64,000 nt of DNA from Polymyxa betae A26-41 (taxonomy: Eukaryota > Protista > Endomyxa: Phytomyxea). The DNA is taken from positions 1 through 64,000 of the forward strand of contig RBZT01000771.1 in the NCBI GenBank assembly GCA_003693705.1, given 5' to 3'. Under the pieces are notes generated by a model. It did not search any database. It was given only the letters and a program-made list of their open reading frames with translations, and had not been told where the DNA came from. How positions within the stretch are numbered: position 1 is the first letter of the stretch; each line of letters begins with the position of its first letter. The translations under genes and the position numbers were made by a program. Shown piece by piece: positions 12,743-25,400 of this stretch.

Positions 12743-13786
12743 ATGGCGGATTGCCCTGAGCCCGACCGGAAACCAGGTCTGACCGTCGAATTATCAGCTC
12801 GTGAAGTAAATTCCGATCTGACATGCCCGGTCTGTCTTTCTGTGATCAATGAAACCTGGACCGTCAAGGAGTGCATGCATCGGTTCTGTCAGAATTGTAT
12901 CGAGACAGCCCTACGATATGGCAGCAAGCAATGCCCGGCCTGTCGTGTACCGGTCCCATCTCGTCGATCGCTACGAGCCGATAAAGTCTTCGACGCCCTC
13001 ATCTCCAGATTTCATCCGGATCTTGCCAAGCAGGTCTCTTTCCTGCTGCATATGTTTTCTCTTTATCAACGTTCGATTTAGGAAGAAGAACACGAGAAAT
13101 TCGTCCAGGATGTTATCCAGACGCACAATCACCAAGCGTTCGCAGCCAGTGTTATCAAAGGCGTCACCAAACAGAGCCTGGTACGGAAGAAAAAAGGGAG
13201 AATCTCGATCGCTCCCGAGCCGGTCGAATCGACAGTCGGGATCTACAAACGACCTCCTCGCCGAAAGGCAGGACGTCGCGTTATCAAACCTGTTACAGTC
13301 TGCCTGCAGCGACTTGGTACGAATAGCTTCAATGCAGTTCTCGATATATATTTTTTCTCGAAATATTTCCCATGCTTTCGAATGTGTAATCTGTTACCTT
13401 CCTATTGACGATTTGAACGTGTAGAGTCAGATGTCGATTGTGGTCCTCGTATACGGATGTTTATCGATGTGCCACGAACAGCCTGCGTATCGCAGATAAC
13501 TGAACATTTGTTGTCTTTCCTGCCGAGTTCTGTGCAGAATGTGCATTATTATGCTGTTAAGAAACCGATCGCTTTGTTGACGAACGAGGACAAAGACAGC
13601 GGAAGCGTTCATGATGCTGATGATGGAGGGTCGTCGGTGGCTGGTTCAACAACAGCCACATTCTCGGCTGTTGAGGATGCAATCCTGGAGCGAATCGACG
13701 TTCGGAACAAGTTTGACGATCTGGATTATTATTTTAATACGGGTACGAACAACGAGATGCTTCTGGTTTATACGAACGCTGCTTAG
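12743..13786 (+). CDS. RING1: RING1/RNF2-like E3 ubiquitin ligase (PRC1-type), multi-exon
   Basis: 'LTCPVCLSVINETWTVKECMHRFCQNCIETALRYGSKQCPACR...SRRSLRAD..FDALISRFHP'; RAWUL-like C-terminus ending 'EMLLVY'. Confidence 0.8.
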
Positions 13787-13873
13787 AAAGAAGTTAAATA
13801 ATATCTATTGAAACACTGTGTAATTATAACGATTGCTCAACTGCTATAAATACTTCTACATTGGATAATTTAT

Positions 13874-15720
13874 CTATGGGCATTTACTGGCAATGTAAGC
13901 GGCTCCGCGCTCTTCATATTCCGGCTTCGAGAACCACATCTGCTGGAAGGATTCCAAAGAACTTAACCCAAGATGTTAGCCAACGACCATAAAATATCAA
14001 CTATTTAGCATACCCGAGGATCGAGCCTCCTATCCAGGATCCATACAGACGTTCATGGTGGGTTCCAACTGACAGCGTTTTAACCTGAAGAGGCCACTTA
14101 AGAAAAAACCTGGAAATTTCTAAACTTCAGTACCTTGTACGCAGGAGCCGCCGTCGCCATTAATTCTCGAGTCAACCTGAAAACGAGTAAATATAAGTCT
14201 GGATCCGTGAAAGCCATCAAAAGCGTTTACCTGTCAGAAAGGCCTCGAATTGATGTTGTCCCGCCAGTCACCACGATATTGCCAAACAGATCTCTGCGAA
14301 TATCAACATCGGCGCTGTCGATAACCTGCCGAACCATCGCTGGCAATCCCTGCACCATTAACTTAAAAAAAGAGCTAAGAGCTCGTTCAAAGTACTACCT
14401 CGAAAGTGTAGCCGTCGAAATCGTTGTTAAAGTCGATCAGCGATGAATTCGGATTAAATAATTGCTCGCCCAGGGTGAATCGCTCTGAGCAATGTCAACA
14501 TACCTGATGCATCAGGTCACTCTAAAATGACCTGTTCCTATATCTATGACTTGACCATCAGGAAGCTCATAGGGCAGCGTGGGTATCGAGCTGACAGCTT
14601 CCGATGAGAAAGAGACATCTGACACCCGAGTAACGCTGTGCTTCAGGTCGCGAATGACTTCATCGCGCATGAACTTCGTAAACGATGTCGTCGTTAAAGG
14701 TAAGTCAAGTCTCTGAACAGAAGAGAGATTCCCATATCAGCGAAACGAATCAGCAAATTCGTCTTTGAGCGCACCTTGACGTTGACTCGACCTTCACCGA
14801 CAAGTTCGCGTTTGAACAGAAACCGTGGCTCGATAGGAATTTTTGATGATTCCTCCAGTAGCTTCGCTAAGATGTCGTCTAATGCATTTCCGGCGACGCG
14901 GGTTCGAACTTTGCCTACAAGAAATTTCTCCTATAAGCAAAAACAACGTACAAGAGAAATGAAGCCGCAATTTTGGGACAAAAGAGCGATCGCACAAACG
15001 ACAACGGAAAATCTCAGTAATAAAATACGAAGCGAACCTTGCATTAGAGCGTATCCATCATGAACGGCAACGGCGGACGTCACACCAGCGCCGCTTTGAA
15101 GCACCAGAGCTGTGCTGCGCCCAGCAGCAAACGCAGACAACACGGCGTCTTTTGCAATAAAAACAGCGGGCGAGTTGAATTTCTCGATGGCGATTTCACA
15201 CATGCGTTCGCGTCGGGCGGCATCGTTGAATGTCGATTCAACAAATAGGAGCGGATGCTCGACAGGGTCTACCCGTAACGTTCTCTCAATGCAATGACGC
15301 CAGATGGCTTCCGCAGCATCGAAGTTCTCAACTACATGAACGCCATTCAGTAGTAGCGAGAACTTCCCAAAAGATCGTACTAAGCCCGTCGATTACAGCC
15401 GGCACGATTTCGACTCCATCTCGGCGATAAGTCAGATTCTGCCCAATGTATTCTTTCGATTCCGAACGGGCCATTTCCCCATCGCTCATGTTATCAGCAC
15501 TACCGGCCCCGATAAACTGCAAACATTTGAACAGTTTCCAGAGAGAAACTGGCGAAAAACCCATACAGAAGGTATCACGCACTTGGGCGTATTCTCTCCA
15601 GCAAATCCGACACGAGTCGTATAGGTGCCGCAGTCGATCACCAGAGCGCCGACGTCATCTGCAAGCCATCATCAGCTTGGCGACATACGCTCCAGGAAAT
15701 CACCGACCAGCGCTAAGCAT
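13874..15720 (-). CDS. ARP4: Actin-related protein 4 (ARP4/BAF53-like), multi-exon
   Basis: '[26 protein letters not shown]', '[23 protein letters not shown]', '[14 protein letters not shown]', 'PYELPDGQ', '[19 protein letters not shown]'. Confidence 0.88.
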
Positions 15721-16063
15721 CGTCGCAGCGACGCCCTTAGGTCAGCCACGCCGTCCCTGCAATGATGACGACGAAAGACGTTCAGAATACTGCGTAGCAG
15801 AAATGAACTGTATCGATGTGAGGCAGTCATCCCGATAGAGATGAGAAAGCATATCATGTATGCAGTGAGGGGTTTGGGGCGCCCCATTTCTGACATGATA
15901 GGGCTGGGTCGCTCCATGTTCAGCAACGAGTGGGCTTGGGCGCCATAAGACTCAATAAGGAGACTCTGCCTATCTAGGAATTGGCATTAGCCTAATTGGT
16001 CCTTTGCCTCAACATGAGAGTGTCTACTCCTAGATAACGTGCATCTTCGAGTTCTACTTTGGG

Positions 16064-18181
16064 TTATACCGTTTTCGTTGGTGTTTGTATACACAGAGGA
16101 TTCAGGGCCGATCCTTTCGGGCAAGTCTCTACTAAAACCCAAAATCGATTCGAATGGGGTTGTTTGATGGGTTGGACGAAATCCAACTTAAATGATGAGC
16201 TGTATTTCGTTGCTTTCTCGTGTTGGTCTAAATATGCTCTTCTGAGATAGTTTCGTCGCGTCGTCGTCCAAAACATGGCAAACGTTGTATATCCGGTTGA
16301 TTACGCCTCAAATTAGGATTCAGTATAGCGTTAGGCATTTGGAAACTTCATCCATGTATCGCAGGTCATTATCCTGATGCTCTGTCTTACTTCTAGCCTG
16401 AGGTCTGAAGCTGGGGTTCTTGGCCAGCGCCAGATTAATAGGTAAAGTGTTCTTTCCGTCGCGAGCGTATTCTTGAACGGTTGCTGCTGTTAACCGCTTT
16501 AATTCTCCGACAAACTTATCATGCGCTGTACAGGACTCTTTCGCGAAATTATGCAGCTCGCTACGCTGGCGTTCCTCTCTTTCTCTTTTCTCATTCTGCT
16601 TTCAAGTTAGATTTCTCCTTGACGCATTTGCAGACCTGTACCATTTGCTTTTTATGATATTCTTGAAGTTTGATCGAGCATTGGCGTTCTGATCGCCTTT
16701 GCTCGTTCGTTTCTTGTTCGAACGCGTCCTTATCGCGTGTCCACTTTGCTTGAAGTTCCTGCGCTTGTCTGCGTTCCTCGGCTTTACGCCTTTGAAGCTC
16801 GGAAATCTGTCAATGCTATTAAAAGAGGACATTTTCAGAGCTGAAAATGGCACCTGTCTCTGGCGACACTCATCGAGCATCTTTTTCTGCGCCTTCTGAT
16901 TGGCTTTTTCGACTTCTCTTTGCCGTTCCTCTTTCGCTTGATTCTGCTGGATTCTTGCAGCTATCATATCGTCTTCGTTGCTGATTCGTTTTCGTAATTC
17001 TTCCGATTGAATATCGATTAGGCGCTGCTTGATCATTAATCGGGTCCGATGGCGCCGCTCTGCTACTTCCTGTCGCATTTGTTCTGCGACGTCGAATCAC
17101 GTTTTGTCGCTCTTCCATCACTAACGCTTCGTTTACCTTTACGCTCTTTGTCGGCGGCATACGCCGCTATCCTTGCCATCTCGGCTTTATCTTTATCTCT
17201 CTCACGATCCCGAATCTCTTTCAACCGGATATTGTCAGCCAGGGATTGCAATTTCTGTTCACGAACATAACGAGTCCTTTCTTCAGCCTAAAATCATTAC
17301 TCGAGTTATTCACCGGGCAGAATTTGCTTTTCTTTCCAACCTTCTTCTCTGCTTCAATTACTGCTTTGGCATTCTCGGCAGCAATTTTCTTCCCTTCTGC
17401 AGCGATTTGTTCTTTCTGTTGCTCCTTCCTCCTCAGATGTTCAGCAAACTGTTCTTTCTGCGTCTGTGCTATTCTCCTATCATGCTCCTTCCTGGCCAGT
17501 TCTCGGGCCTGATAATATTGGTTTAAGGTCTCATGTAAGGGCGATACCCTACCAGATCGTCCTTTGTCTTCTTCTCTAGATCCCTTCTCTGGCAGCTTAG
17601 AAACTTCTCCATCTGACGTTTCTCTTGTTCGCGTCTCTCTTTACATAGATTCTCATTACGTTGATTTTCATAAGCGAAATCAGCCAGCATCATCCCGGTC
17701 AGCATCGATTTGACCTATAGCAATGCTATTTTCATTCTGATACAGTACGGGAATGCTTTATACTTCATCAGTACTGCTATATTTCTCCCGTTCAGCTCGC
17801 TCGATTGCTGCTTGGCGCTCTGCTGCAAGGCGCAGAGCTTCTTCGCGATCCAATCGTCGTTGGCGCTCTTCGCGAATCTCTCGTTGGGCTTTCTTTACTG
17901 TCTGTGCTTTCGATTCCCATTTTCTTATATGATCAAGAGAGATGGACTTTAAAAGTGTCGCCTAGGTTACATTACTATGCTGTACAGGCGGATGCTATCT
18001 GAATAATACTTTCTCATTTCGTTCGCGAGTTGATACGGGCTCGCTGCTGGCATACGCTAATCGTCGTAGACGCTGAATGTCATTGGACGATATTACATGG
18101 TGCGATTCGCCAGCTAGTGACGAATGACTAGATTTGTTTTAAATTTCGTATTGAATGGAAGGATACGGCTCACCTCCTCAT
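16064..18181 (-). CDS. CFAP210: Coiled-coil TPH-domain ciliary protein, CFAP210/CCDC173-like (both ends approximate)
   Basis: Spliced 'LDREEALRLAAERQAAIERAEREKYSSTDEVKSMLTGMML', long E/K/R/Q coiled coil, C-terminal 'EYARDGKNTLPINLAL'. Confidence 0.65.
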
Positions 18182-18393
18182 GCGTTTGGCGCTGGCTGCT
18201 AACGATGTCTGAGCATATGCTAATGCGGTACCATTTTCGATCCGAATAATCTTTGGTGTGGCCTGACTTAGGCGATTCCTACTCCCATTGTAGGGACTTA
18301 GACCCAGTTTAATTTTATTAGACGAACAACAACATAGAAAGCGGTGCAATAAATAAAGGTGACATTATAAAACTTCAGTCGCAGAGGAGTTAA

Positions 18394-18998
18394 TCAAATG
18401 GTTTTCACTGCAAGTCTCTCAGGCAACTTCCCATGAGTCTTCATGTGCCGTTTTAGATTACATGACTACGATCAATAATATTGCACCAGAAACATGACAG
18501 TTTCTAACCGAATTACCTGTCGAAATCCTCGGCAACAGATAGAGCATGCAAATGGCCTCTCATTGGTATGTATCCGAATATGATTCTTTCTGTACGGCAC
18601 AGTCAATTGACGCAACAGCGATTTGATTTTGTTTAGACGACGCACAGATGGCCGCTTTGATGGAAGCTTTTGCCGCAAATCGAGCAATGAAACGGTCTCT
18701 CACCGGTATGAAAGCGATTGTGCTTTTTGAGATCCCCAGAACGCTGAAATATCTTCGAGCAGGTAGGGCATACATGCCCACCACCTTTGCGTTCGTTCGA
18801 CCCTTGACTATGATCGTCTCTAATATGAACTTCTAACTCTTCTTTAGATGGATACCCAGTGCCGCATTTGATACAGAACAATTTCTGGACAGTGGCATTA
18901 TTCTCGGTCGCTGACACATTGTTTCCAGCTTGTTCATCGTTTTCATCATTGACACTATCGCTGATGCTTTGCCGCAAATGGAATGCACGCTGAAACAT
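18394..18998 (-). CDS. C2H2 zinc-finger protein (4 fingers), multi-exon
   Basis: CPTC..HNRFH-TGERPF-CSIC..HIRIH-TNERPF-CSIC..HMKTH with Kruppel-type linkers; start could be upstream (19091). Confidence 0.85.
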
Positions 18999-19357
18999 GC
19001 TCGCGGGTGAATGCGAAAATCTCGTCAGAATTCTCAGCGACGTATTCGTGCTGATAATGGAACGCGATGCCAGCGGCAGCAAACAAGACATGATTTGCAC
19101 GAAACCAAGAAAACGCGTCCAGTTAATGAACGAGAAGAACAACTGGACTGAAAGAGCATCGAGTCAGGACAACTGATGCGCGTCATTTGCTCCTCTCAAG
19201 TCAGAGCGTTGACAGTCAACCAAAAAGGGCTTGCATCACCGACACGATTCCCGAAAGTCACAGCGGTGAAGGAATAGGGCCTGCCACTATGAGACTGAAT
19301 GCGACGCGATAACTATTTCGTTCTCATTGCTTGCAATCGAACAATTAACTGTATTTC

Positions 19358-20228
19358 TCATGACGCTGCAGTCGTCAGCTTACGAATCGCCAGGTCATAG
19401 ACAATACTCTCGATCTTCTGCAGGTCGTATTTGATGGCATCAAATTTCTGAAAATTATTTGATTCACTTTTCGCTAATGACGATCTGATAACAGCAGCCC
19501 ACCTTACGAAGTAAATCATTGCGAAGATTTAAGGTACTGAACGCGCTGTATAGTTCAGAGACAAAGTTGGCAATCAAGGGCGGCGATTTCATGTCGCCTG
19601 CGGTTACCAAGTTAGTGCAGAATCGAGACTGTAACAAACTTTAATAATCGACCAGCTAGCAGCAACCCGAAAACTTACCAAATCATTGGACAAATTTGTG
19701 ACGCCTAAAAGGTAATCCTCCAGTTCGATGGATGCGAACGGGCTCGACGCAACTGAACAGAAGTGGGTGAGGAAACATTTTGTGAAAACCCAATGCTTTA
19801 TGTTACCTCCTAAGAGTTCCTCCGCTTCTGTTTTAGAAAGCAGCTTCCCACAGCTGAGATAATGAATAAACGCGGCAATCGATACGAGCTGGGTTAAGTT
19901 GTGCCGCCAGATGAACTTGAATCTGCAACTATGATGAGACGGGAAAAACGTCTCAGAAAAAATGTTACAATTCGGCATGTCTTCCCTCGAGTTTCTCGTA
20001 CATCTCCGTCCACAGGTCGGACAAAGGCGCTAAGCTATCCCTAGCCTGATCGCAGATAGCTGCAATCTCGCTCTGGTCTGGGACATGGTGAACACTCTGC
20101 ATAAGAGCCGACGCTTTTCGAACGATCACAGCAATCTGCCGATTGACAGCACCGACTGCATCTTTGCAGGCATCAGCAGCGGCAAGCTCTGCTTCATAAC
20201 CAGACAGCAGCTCATGAAGGTCGCCCAT
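19358..20228 (-). CDS. TSN: Translin
   Basis: 'LEDYLLGVTNLSNDL', 'LNLRNDLLRKKFDAIKYDLQKIESIVYDLAIR'. Confidence 0.9.
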
Positions 20229-20672
20229 TTCAAAACTGCGCTGTCTTGATAATGTTACCGCCAAAAGCTTCAGACTTTCTCCCAACCATGACAGATAGTT
20301 TATTTAACAATCTGCTTATCTCGTCTATTTTAGACTCGATCGGGCTCCATGCCACCCACAGACTAGTGATGGAGTGTGCTGTGTGCTGGTTCTTAACTTC
20401 AGAAGGATTTTTGGACTGGGCGTTTGAAATCAGCCTGATTCTTAAGATCTGAAAGTGATCTGTCGAGTGAAATGTTCACGGTATAGCCTCCTACAAGGCT
20501 CATGTTAATGAGGAAACCTCCAGTTACCTTGTCAAAGGACTGTTTCCAGTCGATTACCAATTGTAGATTTAACCAAAGTGAATGACTATGGGTAGACAAC
20601 CTAAATTTGATAGATATTTCGTTGCCAAGATGGGATCTGTAAGATCTTTTCTGTAAATCGCCGGTGGCAGAA

Positions 20673-21620
20673 ATGACAGGGCTTTTGAATGGAAATGGCG
20701 CTGTATTCCAGAGAATGACGACGAAACGAACAGTTGTCGGCACTACGAACCGTAAAGTTCTCAAAGAGCTGGAAGAAGCTTCAGCAGCTGGCCATCGACG
20801 ATCGGACGCGCAATGGATCGAGGCCTATCAGAAGAACGTAATCGAAGCCGCCAATCTCAAAGCAGCTGCTCGAAAGCAACGCCAGCAGCCATCACAATCG
20901 TCCGACGACGGTTTGGTCGAGCCCTATGTCCCCAATGAAAATCGTTGGATGATTATGTCCTACGAAGTCGATATCAAGGCGGATGCTATCAATCGCCTCA
21001 ATTACATAGTTCGGCGTCTACAGGCGCAAGCAGCGCGCCGGGGCCGTCAGCTATTTCGAAAAACTTCCCGCTCTGAAGATGAAGCCGATTCTGGTAAAGA
21101 AGGAGAACTGCCTCGGCTTGTTCCGATGAAGCCTAATGCAGCCGCTCCTGGCGACCTCATTGTGACGACGTCTTTAACGCAAAGCGCAGCCGTTATGACT
21201 GCTAGGGAAGCTTTTATCACAACCTGGACGGCATCGACTTCTCCCGAGAGGATTTACGATCCCAGCATGTTATATAAGCGGAAGATGTTGCTGCTGCAGG
21301 AAGCACGAAGTCGCCGGTCGCATGAATTCCAACAAGGCCTGGAGAGGTTTGCAGCTTCTCAGGAGCAGGCATCCGCCGAAAAGGATCGGCGACTTCTGCA
21401 GCAGAAAGGGGCTCTGCAGCGCACTTATAAGGAGACATTGGAGCATCAGATGGCCATGACTACGACCTCGACCAGAAGGGGGTTGGGACAGTTTAACACC
21501 CTGGCACTGCCCCAACTAAAAGGCAAGATAACCTCCATTTGGGGTACATTTCACACTGGAGAGGTGGACCATCTTCGTGATCTGGGAACCGTTGATCGCA
21601 TTAGAATACTCAAGAAGTGA
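20673..21620 (+). CDS. Hypothetical intronless protein (~315 aa, coiled-coil rich)
   Basis: Long uninterrupted ORF divergent from translin; no family recognised. Confidence 0.65.
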   Translation: MTGLLNGNGAVFQRMTTKRTVVGTTNRKVLKELEEASAAGHRRSDAQWIEAYQKNVIEAANLKAAARKQRQQPSQSSDDGLVEPYVPNENRWMIMSYEVDIKADAINRLNYIVRRLQAQAARRGRQLFRKTSRSEDEADSGKEGELPRLVPMKPNAAAPGDLIVTTSLTQSAAVMTAREAFITTWTASTSPERIYDPSMLYKRKMLLLQEARSRRSHEFQQGLERFAASQEQASAEKDRRLLQQKGALQRTYKETLEHQMAMTTTSTRRGLGQFNTLALPQLKGKITSIWGTFHTGEVDHLRDLGTVDRIRILKK

Positions 21621-22487
21621 ACATTCCTTCTATAATGTATCCTTATAGTCCCTATAAACCGCAGCAGTTTGACAGCATGGGAATACGGCAGCGCCAATTT
21701 GTAGACCCGTTGAGCCAATCGCGGTCAGCAATCATTTACTAAACCTTCAGCGCTGGGTTTGTACGAGCAAAGTGCTGTTCTGAATGACCCCGAGAAGCAG
21801 CGTCTTTCTTAAAACGGCGGTTTTCCTCTGGCTTTAAGCTACCACTTCTTTAAATCGGCATTTTTGAAGTCTGTATTCGGTTAAGCTTATACAATCTGTC
21901 GGACCCTTTGGTCGAAGTTTTTTAACGTGACATTGGCGAATCAAGATAGTATGCTCCAGGTTACGAGCGTGGCCTGGACCTGGCCTCAGTTCTTTCCCTC
22001 GATCCCATCATAGAAAGTCGACCATTGTCAACATCGATCGGACCGCAGCTTCTGGTGATTTCATATTCCGGCCCAAATCCAATACATTCAAGGTGCATCA
22101 TAGTATCCACAGTGTATGTAATTAGGCGGATGAAGCCAAGAAGGAGCCCCCTTAACAGGAAATGTAACATTTAGTGGCTGCGCCCCAACCATCGTGGCCA
22201 TGTTGGGGACGGGAACTGCCATAAACGTCGGGAGGTGGCTGGGCTTCAGACCAGGCGTTCATAAGTCTTCCACCTTTTGCCATAACAACTGAATGCAAAC
22301 AGCTTCCCATCGAAGCTTGGCGCATGTTATAACAGATCGTTGCGGTTTGGCTTTTAGCCACGAAAATATCTTGAAAACTCGCTCGGTGACAGGCTGATTT
22401 TGATATCTGTTAGAATCCATCAAAGATTGGAGGCGCGCTCTTGAGCCTGCCATCAGCTTGCATGAGCTCGCTGACTGGCGAGTTTGC

Positions 22488-25400
22488 CGATGACGACGGT
22501 TCTCAGAGATGACCAACTGACTTCTTGGGGGTCTCTTTCTTCCATAGCTACTAGCCCGCTGCTATCACCTCCACTATTTGAGAATGCCATTGCCAGCAAT
22601 CTGGCCTCGCCCCAATCGTCATCTCCGCCGCTCATCCTGCCACAGCCGCCGTTCCCTTCACTTTCTCCCCAATCGACAGTCAATCTATGCTCGTATATCC
22701 CATCAACGGTTGCACAGTTTCTTGCACGAAACGAGTTCTCGGTTCCGGCTCGACATAAACTGTCGACGGCGGTTCTGTTCGCCGACATCAGCGGCTACAC
22801 GTCCATGTGCGAATTACTGGGAGCCACTCATGCAGAAATCGAAGATCTCGCTCGAATCGTGAAAGCATATTTCGGCATTCTTGTAAAAGTCGTCGGAAGA
22901 CATGGCGGTGACGTTTTCAAATTCGCCGGCGATGCTGTCATAGTTCTATGGCCCGAGACCGACGATTCGCTGACGGTTCTAGCACGCCGCTGTGCTCAGT
23001 GCGCCCTTGAAATCCAGCGCAATCTGCATGGACTTTCTTTCCAGGATTCCAGCGGGAAACACCAGTTCGAACTGAGCCTGAAAATCGGAATCGGAGTCGG
23101 CGATGTGACGATCTTTCATATCGGCGGCTTTGAACATCGAATGGAGTACCTGGCAGCCGGGTCGCCGCTATCGCAGGCGTTCTTATGCGAGAGTGTAGCT
23201 TCCCCGGGAACGGTTCGTATTTGACTGATTCGAAGCTTCCTTTTATGGCTCATGTTAGGTTGTTGTCTCGCTCCAAACAGCTGCCTTGATTGCTCCGTTT
23301 TTCCAGACGAAGTTCACCAAGCAGCCTGTATGTAACGAACAGATTGTTGGCGTCGATTTAGTGGCTTGCAAAGAACCATTAGCTAAACGGGGTCAGCCTT
23401 GTCCCAAATAGTTTACCGAGTTGTCAATCTTGCGCTAGGGATTGTGTCAACGATCGATACGGCTTCGGATTTGGTCAGGTGGGCTGACAATCCGTTAATC
23501 CTCAACGATATTTTACAGAGATATGTACCTGTATCGGTTTTGCCGTTTGTCGGAGAGCTCGAGGAGAGGTGGGCGTCGGAAATTCGGAAAATCACTGTCG
23601 TGTTTGCACATATCTCGTTCGATTTCGATGCAGATGACGAATCTAGCGGAAATCTTGCACGCTTGCAGAAGGTAACTCTCTCACGAGGTCTCATCGACAG
23701 TATTTATCTGTATGGATTTAGGTTATGGAGACAATTCAGCAATCTGTTTATTCGAATGGCGGCGCTGTCAACAAGTTCCTGTTTGACGACAAAGGCATGT
23801 CTGTGCTGGCTGTGTTCGGCCTGCTTCCGCTGGCGCATCCGAACGATTCTCTGAGAGGCGTGCTGGGTGCGAAAAGCATCTGCATGACTGTCACCAAGCT
23901 CAACGTGGTGGCTAACTGTGGTGTCACAACTGGCTATGCATTTTGTGGCGTCACCGGCGGCAATACACGGCGTGAGTTTTCTGTCCTGGGCGATGTCGTG
24001 AACATTTCTGCCAGGTTGAGATCTGGGCGACCTCGGGCGATGCGGTTTCTCATAGTCTTTCAGGCTGATGCAATTTGCAATCAAGAGCAAACTCTCGCTG
24101 GTTGTTGATAATGCCACACGTTATGCCACCCGATTGCTGCTGTCATATCGGTCACTGGAGCCCATTATGGTGAAGGGCAAGAGTAACTTGACGAGATTGT
24201 TCGTTCCCGTGAATGAGTTCTACCCTACGAACAGCGCCATTGTTTCATTCGCAACCGATCCCGGCGAGCCATACCGGTTTGCCGACTGTTTAGTGTCCTA
24301 GCCTGATACCCTATGAACACATTCTCTAGTAATTTGGTGAATTTGAGTTCCATTTTCACGAATGAACGGGATGTACTTCGATCTAAGCTACGACATGCGT
24401 CTACTTCGGGACGTGGTTTAGAACAGGTAAATACTCGCGTTTCTGAACTCATTCGGCAATTTCATGTTCTGTCTGCAGGTGGCGAAACAACTACGTTATG
24501 AAGAGAATGCGGATCAGCCTTTCGAGTTCAACCTCCCGACGTATTCGTATCCGGTCAAGAATGGAGTCAAAACGCTTCATCTGACTCTCGACGATGGGTC
24601 GACTGTAGACGCTGTTCTCTAGCGCGAAGCTGGATACTGAACGCATTATAGGTGGATTTGAGTTGCAGTCATATTTCCACGGTTCGGGAGGCCAAACTGG
24701 AGGCGTATCGCTTAGGCATCATCCCGCATTTGGAATACACGCTAACAACTAAAGAGTCCTTGGTCCCTGTTGATGATGTCCTGCGTCTGGATACTATCTC
24801 CGTTCTGGCCTATGACGTCGAGCCGCCTTCTGATGGATCGCTGAATGTTCGGCTAACGGCTGCTTCTTTCATGGATGAAGGCGATCCGATTTTGAATCTA
24901 GGTCAGCTATTTGGCTCATGAACGACGCAGCGCCTTATATTCGTTTAGGTCGTCATTCTGCCAGGCTGCAGATCGCTTTGGCTGTTAACGCTTTTATGGA
25001 GACTGGTGACATGCAATGCGTGTTCCTGGAAGGAGATCTGGGCACTGGAAAGACGCATATGTTGGCCTCCTCTATATGTGATGCTCCATTAATGGTTGTA
25101 TGCGGTCGTGGATCTCAGCTTCCGTCTAATAGAGACTTATTCGTCTGGAAGCAAGTAGGTTCTTTCTTTGTACAATCTGCTTTTTTCTGATTTCTGGTCA
25201 GGTTCTGTTATCGTTAGTGGATAGTCTGCTGAAATGGGAACCGATCAGCTTTTGTGATATCGATGAGAGACGTCGGTCGTTTTTAATGACAATTCTAAAA
25301 TCCTGGCAGGATGCATCAGAGGTTACGAAGATCATATCATTCATAATGGACGATAAGAGGTCGGTGAGCCAGCTGACTACGATGGCTATGAGGCCGTGTC

